Positions 24,237 through 32,690 of a DNA stretch of 64,000 nt are shown here, in pieces. Origin of the DNA: Bacillota bacterium (GTDB taxonomy: Bacteria > Bacillota > Sulfobacillia > Sulfobacillales > JAIMBI01); the NCBI GenBank assembly GCA_021820465.1, contig JAKADP010000001.1, positions 45,119 through 109,118 on the forward strand, given 5' to 3'. The stretch's first letter is position 1. Each line of letters starts with the position of its first letter. Position numbers and translations under genes: made by a program. Below the pieces are notes generated by a model. The model made no database searches. It was not told the DNA's origin and saw only the letters and a list, made by a program, of their open reading frames with translations.

Positions 24237-25531
24237 ACCGCCACCTCCTCTCCTGCCGCCAGCCGCTCGCCGCGCTCCACCACGACAAAGCCGTCGGCCG
24301 TCAGCATTTGGGTCATGATGCGCGACGCCGACGGCGGGGCTGGGGGCATCAAGAGGTGCGCCACCAACTGACCACCCTCGTCGGCCACTAACTGAGCCTG
24401 AATGATGCGCGTCAGATCCGGCGAAGGCGCCACGGCCGCCGCCAGTCGCGCCGCGACCCGGCGGCGGGCCGGCGCCGGCCGATGCGCCATCTTGGCCAGC
24501 GCGGGCGCCACCACCATCTCGAAGTGGACCAGCACGGCGTATGGCCACCCGGGCAGCAAAAACGCCGGCCGGCCACCCAGGCGCCCCAGGGCCGTTGGAC
24601 GGCCGGGGGTCATGCGGATGCCGTGGGCTAACAGTTGACCCACTTCACCCAACACGGCCGGCATCAGGTCGTGCAGCTCTTCCACCGGCATTTCCTGAAA
24701 CACCGGGATGCTGGCCCCCGTGCCGCCCGAGCTCACCAGGACATCCCAGTCGGCGCGGTCGCGGGCCCTCTCCAAGCCGTCGCGCACCACGGGATACCGG
24801 TCCTCCAGCCGACCGAGCCACACAGGGTCGGCTCCTGCGGCGCGGACCATGGCCATGAGGACGCTGCCGTTCACGTCATAAACCTGCGCCGCCCCCAGGG
24901 GCTGGCCCAAAGGCACCAGCTCATCGCCCGTGGACACGACGCCCACCCGGGGGCGGCGCCACACCTCTATGTACTCCACACCCTGACTGGCCAGCGCCGC
25001 CACATCCACCGGTTCTAGCACGCGGTCGACGTCGACCAGCACTTGACCCACATGGAAATCCTCGCCGATGGGCGAAATGTGCTGGCCGGGACGGACAGGC
25101 TCCTCCACCTGCACCATGCCGTCCTGGACGCGACACCGCTCCACCAAGGCCACGGCATCCGCCCCCTCCGGGACCATCGCCCCGGTGGTGAGCATCATCG
25201 CCTCGCCGGGTCCCACGCTCCGCTGCGGGGGATGTCCCGCCGTGGTCTTGCCGACGACGGCGAGGGCCCGATCGCGATCCTCAGCCCGCAGCGCATAGCC
25301 ATCCACCGCCGAACGCCGAAAGGCGGGCAGCGGGATGCGCGCCCGCACCGCCTCGGCCGCCACGCGGCCCACGGCGTCTGCCAGCGGCACCGATTCCTTT
25401 TGGGCTACCGGGCTTACGTTCGCCAGCCCAGCCGCCTGAAATTCCGCCAAGCTCAATCGACGGCGGATGTCACCCCTTGTCTCCGTGTCGCCTTCACTGC
25501 CTTCTCTAACTGTCACGTTCTGGCCCTCCAA
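24176..25531 (-). CDS. moeA: Molybdopterin molybdenumtransferase MoeA
   Basis: It contains PAFRRSAVDGYALRA, GVVSTGDELV and SGGTGAS, with MoeA domain order. The real start is probably GTG 25516, preceded by GGAGGG, rather than TTG 25531. Confidence 0.85.
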   Translation of the reverse strand: MEGQNVTVREGSEGDTETRGDIRRRLSLAEFQAAGLANVSPVAQKESVPLADAVGRVAAEAVRARIPLPAFRRSAVDGYALRAEDRDRALAVVGKTTAGHPPQRSVGPGEAMMLTTGAMVPEGADAVALVERCRVQDGMVQVEEPVRPGQHISPIGEDFHVGQVLVDVDRVLEPVDVAALASQGVEYIEVWRRPRVGVVSTGDELVPLGQPLGAAQVYDVNGSVLMAMVRAAGADPVWLGRLEDRYPVVRDGLERARDRADWDVLVSSGGTGASIPVFQEMPVEELHDLMPAVLGEVGQLLAHGIRMTPGRPTALGRLGGRPAFLLPGWPYAVLVHFEMVVAPALAKMAHRPAPARRRVAARLAAAVAPSPDLTRIIQAQLVADEGGQLVAHLLMPPAPPSASRIMTQMLTADGFVVVERGERLAAGEEVAVWVSSAGSSPVGSRDQGRRD

Positions 25532-25539
25532 CTCGCGCC

Positions 25540-25568
25540 ATTATCCCATGTTGACATGGCAACGTCCA
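25540..25568 (-). promoter_or_regulatory. Candidate moeA promoter (TGGACG-N17-GATAAT) whose spacer holds the inverted repeat CCATGT-tg-ACATGG
   Basis: Minus-strand -35 is TGGACG (25568-25563). Minus-strand -10 is GATAAT (25545-25540). The palindromic arms CCATGT/ACATGG occupy 25546-25559, and a third CCATG lies at 25566-25570. Confidence 0.35.
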
Positions 25569-25798
25569 TGACAGGGGCGTATCCAGCAGGAGCCCAGGAA
25601 CCCGGGCACACGATCCCGGCTCAGCCGTGCGCCTCGCCTCACCATAAATTAGCCAGCGGGCCGTGGCGTGCAGGATTGCTGGATGGGGCATACAGCGTTT
25701 GCGGATGCTGCCCAAGGGCACGGCCTGGGCTCGGCCAGCCCTCGCAAAGCGGCAGCCACGGCGGCCCATGGGCTGGAGTTGGTTACAGCCGGCCCCGC

Positions 25799-26767
25799 CT
25801 ACGGCGCATGCTTCACGTGCGGGACATCCCGGCTCATGGGCGTGAAGCCTACGCCGAAATAGAGGTCGCGAGCAGCCCGACGCGCGCTGCTCCCGACACA
25901 GGCCACCAGCATGGTGTCGGCGCCCGCCGCGCGCGCCTTGTGCATGCCGTGCCACATCAGCGCCGCGGCGAGCCCCTGCCGGCGATAGGCCCGATGCGTC
26001 CCGACCGGCTCAAATTCGGCGGTGCGGCTCACCGGATCGAACCAAGTGATGGCGGTCGCCACCAGCGTGCCGTCCGGGGCTTCAATCAGCACGTGCAGGT
26101 CGGCGCGATACGGCCAGGTGGCCTGTACGCCGGCCATGGCCGTCGCTTGAAGCGACGACGGGTACCACGCGTCGAGGTGGGCGCGCGTGGCGGCCTCCGG
26201 GCCGACATCCGCCGCGGACCGGAAGCGAAAGCCCGGCGGCAGGATCGGGTACGACAGATTGGCCAGCGGCCGCCCGCTCCATAGGTGCCAGTCGCCGCCG
26301 TCCCCGGCCTCCTCCTCATCGAGCACATAGCCGTGCGCCGGCAGCCGGGCCAGCATTTCCGCGTCCGCATCCTGCGGGATGATGCAGCGGTCGAGGCCTG
26401 CCGCCTGCTCGGCGTACCAGACGAGGATTTCGTCCAAAAGGTCCGAGCGGCCCGGATGGACCTGCCATGTGAGGTTTGCGCTGTTCACGGTGGCGGCCGC
26501 CCCATCAGTCCGCGCCACGGAGAACGGGAGCTGGGCCCACGCCCAGGCGTCTAGGCGGCCACTGCCGTCAGCGCGCGGCCAGAGCCGGATGCGCCACGTG
26601 TGGCCGATCGCGGCCCGGTCCTTGCCGAAGTTCCAGGCGAGCTCCCCCACGGTGCCCCCGCCCACCAGGATCTCGGGCCGCAAGACGGTGACCTCTTGGG
26701 CCAGTCCCTGCATCAGCCGGAGCTGCTGCGCGCCAAACTCCTGCGGGCTGTCCACATCCCCCATCAT
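25799..26767 (-). CDS. GNAT-family N-acetyltransferase, two-domain architecture
   Basis: ORF 25799..26908 with ATG 26767 after GGAGGAGG. The C-terminal half has the acetyl-CoA motif HRAYRRQGLAAALMWHGM...AGADTMLV. Confidence 0.7.
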   Translation of the reverse strand: MMGDVDSPQEFGAQQLRLMQGLAQEVTVLRPEILVGGGTVGELAWNFGKDRAAIGHTWRIRLWPRADGSGRLDAWAWAQLPFSVARTDGAAATVNSANLTWQVHPGRSDLLDEILVWYAEQAAGLDRCIIPQDADAEMLARLPAHGYVLDEEEAGDGGDWHLWSGRPLANLSYPILPPGFRFRSAADVGPEAATRAHLDAWYPSSLQATAMAGVQATWPYRADLHVLIEAPDGTLVATAITWFDPVSRTAEFEPVGTHRAYRRQGLAAALMWHGMHKARAAGADTMLVACVGSSARRAARDLYFGVGFTPMSRDVPHVKHAP

Positions 26768-27015
26768 TTGTGACCTCCTCCGTCCAAGACAGGGCTTGCC
26801 TATCGCGAAACACAGACGGGACACGGTGCGGCCGGCAGCTCTTCCTTGTGCCACCCGACTGTAACACGCCGTGCTCGCTCGTAGGCGGCACCACTCCAGG
26901 AGCGCCACGGGCCCCAGGGAAACGCCCCGGCGGCTGTTTCAGCTGCGAGTCAGACGCCGTTGGCCAATGCCCCGTCGGGTCAGGGCCGAGACTCCGGCGG
27001 CGCTATCGCCGGGTG

Positions 27016-27585
27016 TCATGATGTGCCGAAGTATGGGGGCCAAATTGGACGGAGCCCGTGCTGGCGGTGCGCGTGGAGGGTGAGCGTCTTGCCGCTGGGC
27101 AAGGTGATCATCCACCGCTCTGAGGCCAGTATGGCGCGGAGATGCTGGGCGGCGGGGGGCATCCCATCGGTGTTGTAATAAATCAGGGTCACGGGCCAAG
27201 CGGTGTTGGGCACCCGAGCGATGTCCTGCGAGTACTCCGTCGACTTCACGGACAGCCGGTGCCAGGAGGCCGCGATGCCCCAGCCGCGTTTCCACACGAT
27301 GTTGACGGGCCACGCCACATGCAAGCCTTGATAGGCCACGTAGGAATAGTACATGCTGTTCGGATAGACGGCGGCGCAGGCAGTCCAACGTCCATCGGTT
27401 CCGCAGTAGATGAGGGCACCCGGCGGGGGCTTTGGGATCGAGTAGCCAGTCGAGGTGGGGGTGGTGAACACGGTCCACGCCGGCGTGAACACATAAACCG
27501 CCACACCCACGGCCAGCAATCCCACCATGCCGGCTGCCGCACGGATCCAGCTCCGACGCGAGCGCCACCCCACCGCACGGGCCAC
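27016..27585 (-). CDS. Hypothetical membrane-anchored or secreted protein
   Basis: 189 aa. It has an Arg-rich N-terminus plus one hydrophobic helix (AAGMVGLLAVGVAVYVF), then a Tyr/Trp-rich domain with 2 Cys. I recognise no family. Confidence 0.5.
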   Translation of the reverse strand: MARAVGWRSRRSWIRAAAGMVGLLAVGVAVYVFTPAWTVFTTPTSTGYSIPKPPPGALIYCGTDGRWTACAAVYPNSMYYSYVAYQGLHVAWPVNIVWKRGWGIAASWHRLSVKSTEYSQDIARVPNTAWPVTLIYYNTDGMPPAAQHLRAILASERWMITLPSGKTLTLHAHRQHGLRPIWPPYFGTS

Positions 27586-27985
27586 TTCATCCCAGCTCCC
27601 CGTGTCTCCTCTCGGAAGCAGGCCCGGCGGAACCGCGGCCAGCGCGCCCTCCTGCTCGGATCCCGCCCGTCGAGGACTTTCTCCCCCATGCTCAATATTG
27701 CCATGTCTCGCCCCGGCTTGCTCGTGGCAGCGAGCTTGTTCGGAGCCTGGCCGGAGGAACGGAAACCGTCGGCAGCGGCGCGTCTACGCCCCCTGAACAT
27801 CACTCCGGGCCGGCACTCGCCGGCAAGGGTCGCGGCGGTGTCTCGCACACCCTCGGGAGCCCCCAAAGCCGAGGGCGGCTGTTGTGTCGCGAGGGGCGGA
27901 CTTCCTGGCGACAGGGACAGCGTCTCGCGGGCCACCTCCCGGCGAGGGCCAACCGGCCATGCTAACCTAGTCGGGGGGTGGCGGC

Positions 27986-29581
27986 TTGCCTTTTGACGCC
28001 TTGGTCATGCGGGCGGTGACGCATGAGTGGGAGCCGGTGCTAACCGGTGCCCGGCTCCTGGCGGTGCGCCAGGACGGGCCGCGCGTCTATCTTTCCGTCG
28101 GCGGCCCGACCGGCGCCCGCACAACCCTGCTGGTGGTGCTCACCCCGGCGTACCGGCGCATTCAGCGCGAAGACACTGTCCCTCGGGCGGCCCGGCCGTC
28201 GGCCTGGGCGGATCGCCTGCTGGGCGCCCGCATCCACGCCGTCAGCCAGGTGCCGTGGGAGCGGGTGTGGCACTGGCAGCTGGAGCTCGCGGACGAGGTG
28301 GGCCGCACGGCGCCCGCCACCCTGGTGATCGAGCTGGCTGGGCATCTCACCAACATCCTGTGGATCGCGAGTGACGGGACGGTGGGTGACGCATACCGCC
28401 GCATCGCCCCCGGCCGCCCGGGCCGGACGCTGTATCCCGGCGTGCCTTACACCCCGCCCCCGCCGGTGGCCAATCCGTGTGCGACGGGGCGCGTGCAGGA
28501 CCTGCCGCCGTGGGCCCGGCGCATGGTGGCCGATGGCCGAAGCCGGCTGGATGACCTGTGCCGGGCGTACGCCGCGGGCGCCTTTTCGCCGTGGGAAGGG
28601 CCGGGACCGGACGGGGCGCGCCACGTGTGGGTCTTCCCCCTGTCCGAGGCCTGGCAGGCCCAGGACAGCTGGAGCCGTGCCTGGGCCCGGTGGGGAGACG
28701 CCCGCGAGCGCCATGACGCGCTGGAGGATGCTCGGCGCAGTGCCCTGGCCGCCTTGGACCGGCAGATGGAACAGGTGGAGCGCCAGCTGGCTCGGACCGC
28801 TGCCCGGGCGGCGGACGACCCCGAGCGGTGGCGGCGGCTGGGCGACGCCCTCCTAACCGTAGGGCCCAGCTGGGGCGACGGGGCGCGGCCCTCCGCCCTC
28901 GTGGACCCCGTGACCGGCGATCTCGTCGAGATTCCTTGGCGCGACGAGGACGCGGGCTACAAGGACGCTGCCCAGCACGCGTATCACCAATACAAGAAGG
29001 CTAAAGCCGCCGAGGCGGCCGAGCGGCGGCTGGTGCCCCACTGGACCGCCTTGAGGGGCCGCTTGGCCGGGCAGCGTGCCGCAGCGGCCGCGGCGGACAG
29101 CCTGGCCGCGCTGGCTCAGCACACCAAGAGCCCCGGACGGCTGACCGAGGCCCGCGACAATCCGCATCTGCCGTACCGGCGGTTCGTCGGTCAAGCCGGC
29201 ACGGAGATTTGGGTGGGCCGCACCGAGGCGGAAAATCAGTCCCTCACCTTCCAGGCCGCCCGGCCCGATGATTTGTGGTTTCACGTCAAGCAGTACCCGG
29301 GATCCCACGTCCTCCTGCGGTGCGGCAAGAACCCGGCCCCTCGCCCGGACGTGGCCGATGCGGCCATGTTGGCGGCATTTTACAGCCGGGCGGGCCAAGG
29401 CAGCTCCATTCCCGTGGACTACACCGCGCGCAAGTTCGTGAAGAAGAGGCCGCACGGCCAGCCGGGCCAGGTGCTTTACGTCCGGGAGCAGACGATCTAC
29501 GTCACCCCCGACCCTCTGGCGCTCACCCGGCTGGGCGCCCGGCGGGAGCAGCTGGCGGAGGCCCCGCCCCCCTCGCGCTAG
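27986..29581 (+). CDS. rqcH: RqcH/FbpA-family ribosome quality control protein (NFACT-N ... NFACT-R/DUF814)
   Basis: 531 aa with a TTG start after GGGGGTGG. The N-terminus is MPFDALVMRAV...L, NFACT-N like. The C-terminus has GTEIWVGRTEAENQSLTF...DLWFHVKQYPGSHVLL and IPVDYTARKFVKK. It occupies the same position as yloA next to pyrE in B. subtilis. Confidence 0.8.
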   Translation: MPFDALVMRAVTHEWEPVLTGARLLAVRQDGPRVYLSVGGPTGARTTLLVVLTPAYRRIQREDTVPRAARPSAWADRLLGARIHAVSQVPWERVWHWQLELADEVGRTAPATLVIELAGHLTNILWIASDGTVGDAYRRIAPGRPGRTLYPGVPYTPPPPVANPCATGRVQDLPPWARRMVADGRSRLDDLCRAYAAGAFSPWEGPGPDGARHVWVFPLSEAWQAQDSWSRAWARWGDARERHDALEDARRSALAALDRQMEQVERQLARTAARAADDPERWRRLGDALLTVGPSWGDGARPSALVDPVTGDLVEIPWRDEDAGYKDAAQHAYHQYKKAKAAEAAERRLVPHWTALRGRLAGQRAAAAAADSLAALAQHTKSPGRLTEARDNPHLPYRRFVGQAGTEIWVGRTEAENQSLTFQAARPDDLWFHVKQYPGSHVLLRCGKNPAPRPDVADAAMLAAFYSRAGQGSSIPVDYTARKFVKKRPHGQPGQVLYVREQTIYVTPDPLALTRLGARREQLAEAPPPSR

Positions 29582-30186
29582 GCCAGCTGCTTAGGGTGAA
29601 CCAGGGGCACCATGCCGGCCTGGCACAGCGGACACGCCTCGGGAAGCCACGACGCCATCGGGAGCCGCAGCACCGCCGTCACCGGCAGGGGAAAGTCCCC
29701 ATCCGCCGCGCGGCGGTCCACCAGCACGCCCACGCCGACGACCGTGCTGCCCACTGCCTCAAAGGCCGCCCGCGCCTTTAAGAGTGATCCGCCGGTGGTC
29801 ATGGCATCCTCCACCAAAAACACCCGTTGCCTCGCGAGAGGGCCAAATCCGCGCCGGACCGCCATAGACCCCTCCTCGGTCTTTTCGGCGTAGAGGGCCA
29901 CGCGGCCTCCCCCCGCCTGATGGGCCAGTGCCCACGAAAGCGCCACGGCGCCCAGCGCCGGGCCGCCCACCGCCTCGGCTCCACTGGCCTCCACCGCCGG
30001 CACCAGCGCCTCCAGCCAGTGCGCCAGCCGGCTCGGATGCGCCACCAGCCGGGGCAGGAGCAAAAACGTGTCGCTGTGCCGGCCTGATGTCAGCGCAAAG
30101 TGGCCCGACAGGAGCGCATCCGTGGCCGTCAGGTCTTCCAGCCACCGGGGCCCCGCCGCCTGCTCCTCGTGGGGTGCCTCACGCAT
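29578..30186 (-). CDS. pyrE: Orotate phosphoribosyltransferase
   Basis: 202 aa. It contains LLSGHFALTSGRHSDTF and the PRPP motif VFLVEDAMTTGGS. Confidence 0.9.
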   Translation of the reverse strand: MREAPHEEQAAGPRWLEDLTATDALLSGHFALTSGRHSDTFLLLPRLVAHPSRLAHWLEALVPAVEASGAEAVGGPALGAVALSWALAHQAGGGRVALYAEKTEEGSMAVRRGFGPLARQRVFLVEDAMTTGGSLLKARAAFEAVGSTVVGVGVLVDRRAADGDFPLPVTAVLRLPMASWLPEACPLCQAGMVPLVHPKQLA

Positions 30187-30958
30187 GCGTCATCCCTCCC
30201 TTCACCTCAGCCACAAGGGCCGCCAAGGCGGCCGGGGGGTCCCCGGCGCTCAAGATGGGCCGCCCCACCACCAGGTGCGTGGCCCCCGCCGCCACGGCCT
30301 CGGCCGGCCGCACCACGCGCGCCTGGTCTCCAGCCGCTGCGCCGGCGGGCCTCACTCCGGGGACCACCAGCGCCAGCATGGGCCAGCGGCGATGCAGCGC
30401 CCCCGCTTCCGCCCCCGACGTGACCGCCGCCCCGATCCCGGCCCGGGCGGCCATTTCCGCCAGCGTCTCTGCCCACACGCGGGCCGCTGGCGCCCCCATG
30501 GCCGCCAACACGTCGTCTCCAAGGCTCGTGAGCACGGTCACGGCAGCCAGCGTGAGCCCTGGACCGGCCGCCTCCTGCGCCGCGGCCAGCATCGCAGGCC
30601 CACCCGCCGCATGGACCGTGAGCAGCTCCACCTCGAGGCGGCCCGCCTGGCGCACGGCTCCGGCCACCGTATTGGGAATGTCGTGAAGCTTGAGGTCCAG
30701 GAAAATGTGCTCGCCGCGCGCCGTCCAGGCGGCGACGGCCTGGGGCCCGGCAGCCAGGAACAGCTCCAATCCCACTTTGAAGTGGTGGTGCGGGTAAAGG
30801 CGCGCCATCCACTCTTCGGCCTCGCGCGCGGTGGGCACATCCAGCGCCACCCACACCGTCACTTGACCCTGACTTCCGATCTCACTCTCGATCTGACTGT
30901 CGATCTGACTGTCGATGGCAGGCGCCCCCTTCCTGTCTCTGTCCGTCTGGCTCTCCAT
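30179..30958 (-). CDS. pyrF: Orotidine 5'-phosphate decarboxylase
   Basis: ORF 30179..30994. It contains VALDV, FKVGLELF, IFLDLKLHDIPNTV and VVGRPI. The start is taken at ATG 30958, after the pyrD stop. The N-terminal 30 aa are a repeat-encoded extension. Confidence 0.85.
   Translation of the reverse strand: MESQTDRDRKGAPAIDSQIDSQIESEIGSQGQVTVWVALDVPTAREAEEWMARLYPHHHFKVGLELFLAAGPQAVAAWTARGEHIFLDLKLHDIPNTVAGAVRQAGRLEVELLTVHAAGGPAMLAAAQEAAGPGLTLAAVTVLTSLGDDVLAAMGAPAARVWAETLAEMAARAGIGAAVTSGAEAGALHRRWPMLALVVPGVRPAGAAAGDQARVVRPAEAVAAGATHLVVGRPILSAGDPPAALAALVAEVKGGMTHA
30878..30913. repeat. 12-bp tandem repeat x3 (CGATCTGACTGT-like) inside the pyrF 5' end
   Basis: The copies are cgatctcactct, cgatctgactgt and cgatctgactgt, followed by a partial cgatgg. 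On the coding strand they encode IDSQIDSQIESEIGSQ. Confidence 0.9.
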
Positions 30959-30981
30959 CTCCGCCCGGCTCCTCCGTGCAC

Positions 30982-31905
30982 TCACGCGGGCCACCGCCCG
31001 GGGTGAGCCGCGCCAATGGCCGCCCGGACACTGTCAAAGCCATACCGCGCCAGCACGTCCGGCAGCTCGCGGATAATCGTGGCCATGGCGTTTGGCCGGC
31101 TGAAGGTGGCCGTCCCGACCATCACAGCACTGGCCCCAGCCAGCAGAAACTCCACGACATCAGTGGCTGTCTCGATGCCCCCCATCCCGACGACCGGAAT
31201 ATCCACGGCCTGAGACACTTCCCACACCGCCCGCACGGCAATGGGGCGAATGGCCGGGCCCGAAAGCCCGCCGGTCACCCCCCCCAGCGCGGGCCGCCGG
31301 TGCTCCAGATCGATGGCCATCCCCACCAGCGTGTTGATGGCCGAAATGGCATCGGCGCCGGCCGCGGCCACCGCCCGGGCCATGCCCGCCAGGTTGTGCG
31401 TGTTGGGAGACAACTTCACCCAGACCGGCAGCGCGGTGGCCGCCTTCACCGCACGCGTCACGCTCGATGCCTGGGCCGGGTCGTGGCCAAACTGGATGCC
31501 CCCTTGCTTGATGTTCGGACAGGAGATGTTGAGCTCCAGCGCCTGGACGCCCCGCTCCCCGTCCAGCCGGCGGGCGACGGCGGCATACTCGTCCTCCGTC
31601 CGGCCAATGATGTTCACCACCACCGTGGCCCCGCGGTCCCGCAGATACGGGAGGTCTTCCGACAGAAATCGCTCGACGCCAGGATTTTGGAGGCCGATGG
31701 AATTCAGCAGGCCCGACGGGGTCTCCCACACCCGCGGAGGCGGATTACCTCGCCACGGCTCAGGGGAAATGCCTTTCACCGCCACGCCGCCCAACTGCGC
31801 CACATCCACCAGCCCGTCATACTCCGGCCCGAAGCCAAACGTCCCCGAGGCGGCCAGCACCGGGTTGGCCAGCCGCACCGCCCCCACCCGCGTCGCCAGA
31901 TCCAT
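30982..31905 (-). CDS. pyrD: Dihydroorotate dehydrogenase B, catalytic subunit
   Basis: ORF 30982..32142 with ATG 31905 directly after the pyrK stop. It contains NPVLAASGTFGFG, ELNISCPN, GGLSGPAIRPIA and VVGMGGI. Confidence 0.9.
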   Translation of the reverse strand: MDLATRVGAVRLANPVLAASGTFGFGPEYDGLVDVAQLGGVAVKGISPEPWRGNPPPRVWETPSGLLNSIGLQNPGVERFLSEDLPYLRDRGATVVVNIIGRTEDEYAAVARRLDGERGVQALELNISCPNIKQGGIQFGHDPAQASSVTRAVKAATALPVWVKLSPNTHNLAGMARAVAAAGADAISAINTLVGMAIDLEHRRPALGGVTGGLSGPAIRPIAVRAVWEVSQAVDIPVVGMGGIETATDVVEFLLAGASAVMVGTATFSRPNAMATIIRELPDVLARYGFDSVRAAIGAAHPGRWPA

Positions 31906-31907
31906 CG

Positions 31908-32690
31908 CTACGCCTCCCCCTCGGCCCCGGCCCACCACAGGCGCCGCGACGAAAAGACCGGGCCATCGTGGCACACCCGCACCCACTCCGGCTGCCCGTC
32001 GCCGCCCACCCCAGGCACCACACACGCGAGACACGCTCCCACCCCGCACCCCATGCGCTGCTCGTACGCGAGCCAGCAGGGCCGCTCCTCCCCCACGAGC
32101 TGGGCGACCGCCGCCAGCATGGGGGTCGGCCCGCACGCCCACACTTGGCCGCCATCCGTCCGGGCCAGCCAGCGCGCGAGTGGGCCCGTGACCCGGCCGC
32201 GCTCCCCCAGCGAGCCATCGTCCGTCGTGAGGGACAGGTCCAACCCCAGCGCCCGGAAGTCGTCCGCCATCACGAGCGCGTCGGCTGTTCGCGCACCCAG
32301 CACCACGTCCGTGGGATGCGTGGCGGCCCAGCGCTGGGCCGCCACAAAGAGGGGCGGAATCCCGACGCCGCCCCCCACCAGTAGCACAGGGCCGGCTTCT
32401 GGCGTGGGAAATCCCTTGCCCAAGGGGGCCAGCACATCCAGCCGGTCACCCACCCGGCGCTCCGCGAGCCACCGCGTGCCCGCTCCGACCACACGAAACA
32501 ACAGCCCCACGCGCCCGTCGGGGGTGGCGCGCGAGAAGGAGATGGGGCGGCGCAGGCTGCCGGGCGTCCACACGTGGGCAAACTGCCCAGGGGTGAGATC
32601 GGCGGCAAGGCGGGGCGCCTCCAACAGCAGCTCCACGTGCTCCGGCGCCGGCTCGCGGTGCTCGACCACCCTGAGCTCACACTGAGGCAT
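31908..32690 (-). CDS. pyrK: Dihydroorotate dehydrogenase B electron-transfer subunit
   Basis: 260 aa. It contains RRPISF, LLVGGGVGIPPL and the C-terminal 2Fe-2S cluster motif CGVGACLACV. Confidence 0.9.
   Translation of the reverse strand: MPQCELRVVEHREPAPEHVELLLEAPRLAADLTPGQFAHVWTPGSLRRPISFSRATPDGRVGLLFRVVGAGTRWLAERRVGDRLDVLAPLGKGFPTPEAGPVLLVGGGVGIPPLFVAAQRWAATHPTDVVLGARTADALVMADDFRALGLDLSLTTDDGSLGERGRVTGPLARWLARTDGGQVWACGPTPMLAAVAQLVGEERPCWLAYEQRMGCGVGACLACVVPGVGGDGQPEWVRVCHDGPVFSSRRLWWAGAEGEA

Noticed and set aside
27690-27996. Plus-strand ORF beginning MLNIAMSRPGLLVAASLFGAW (signal-peptide-like), upstream of rqcH.
   Set aside because: After the first ~20 residues the product is Arg/Pro/Gly-rich junk. 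It overlaps the rqcH start and has only a weak, poorly spaced SD. It is kept as a note in a finding but not called as a gene.
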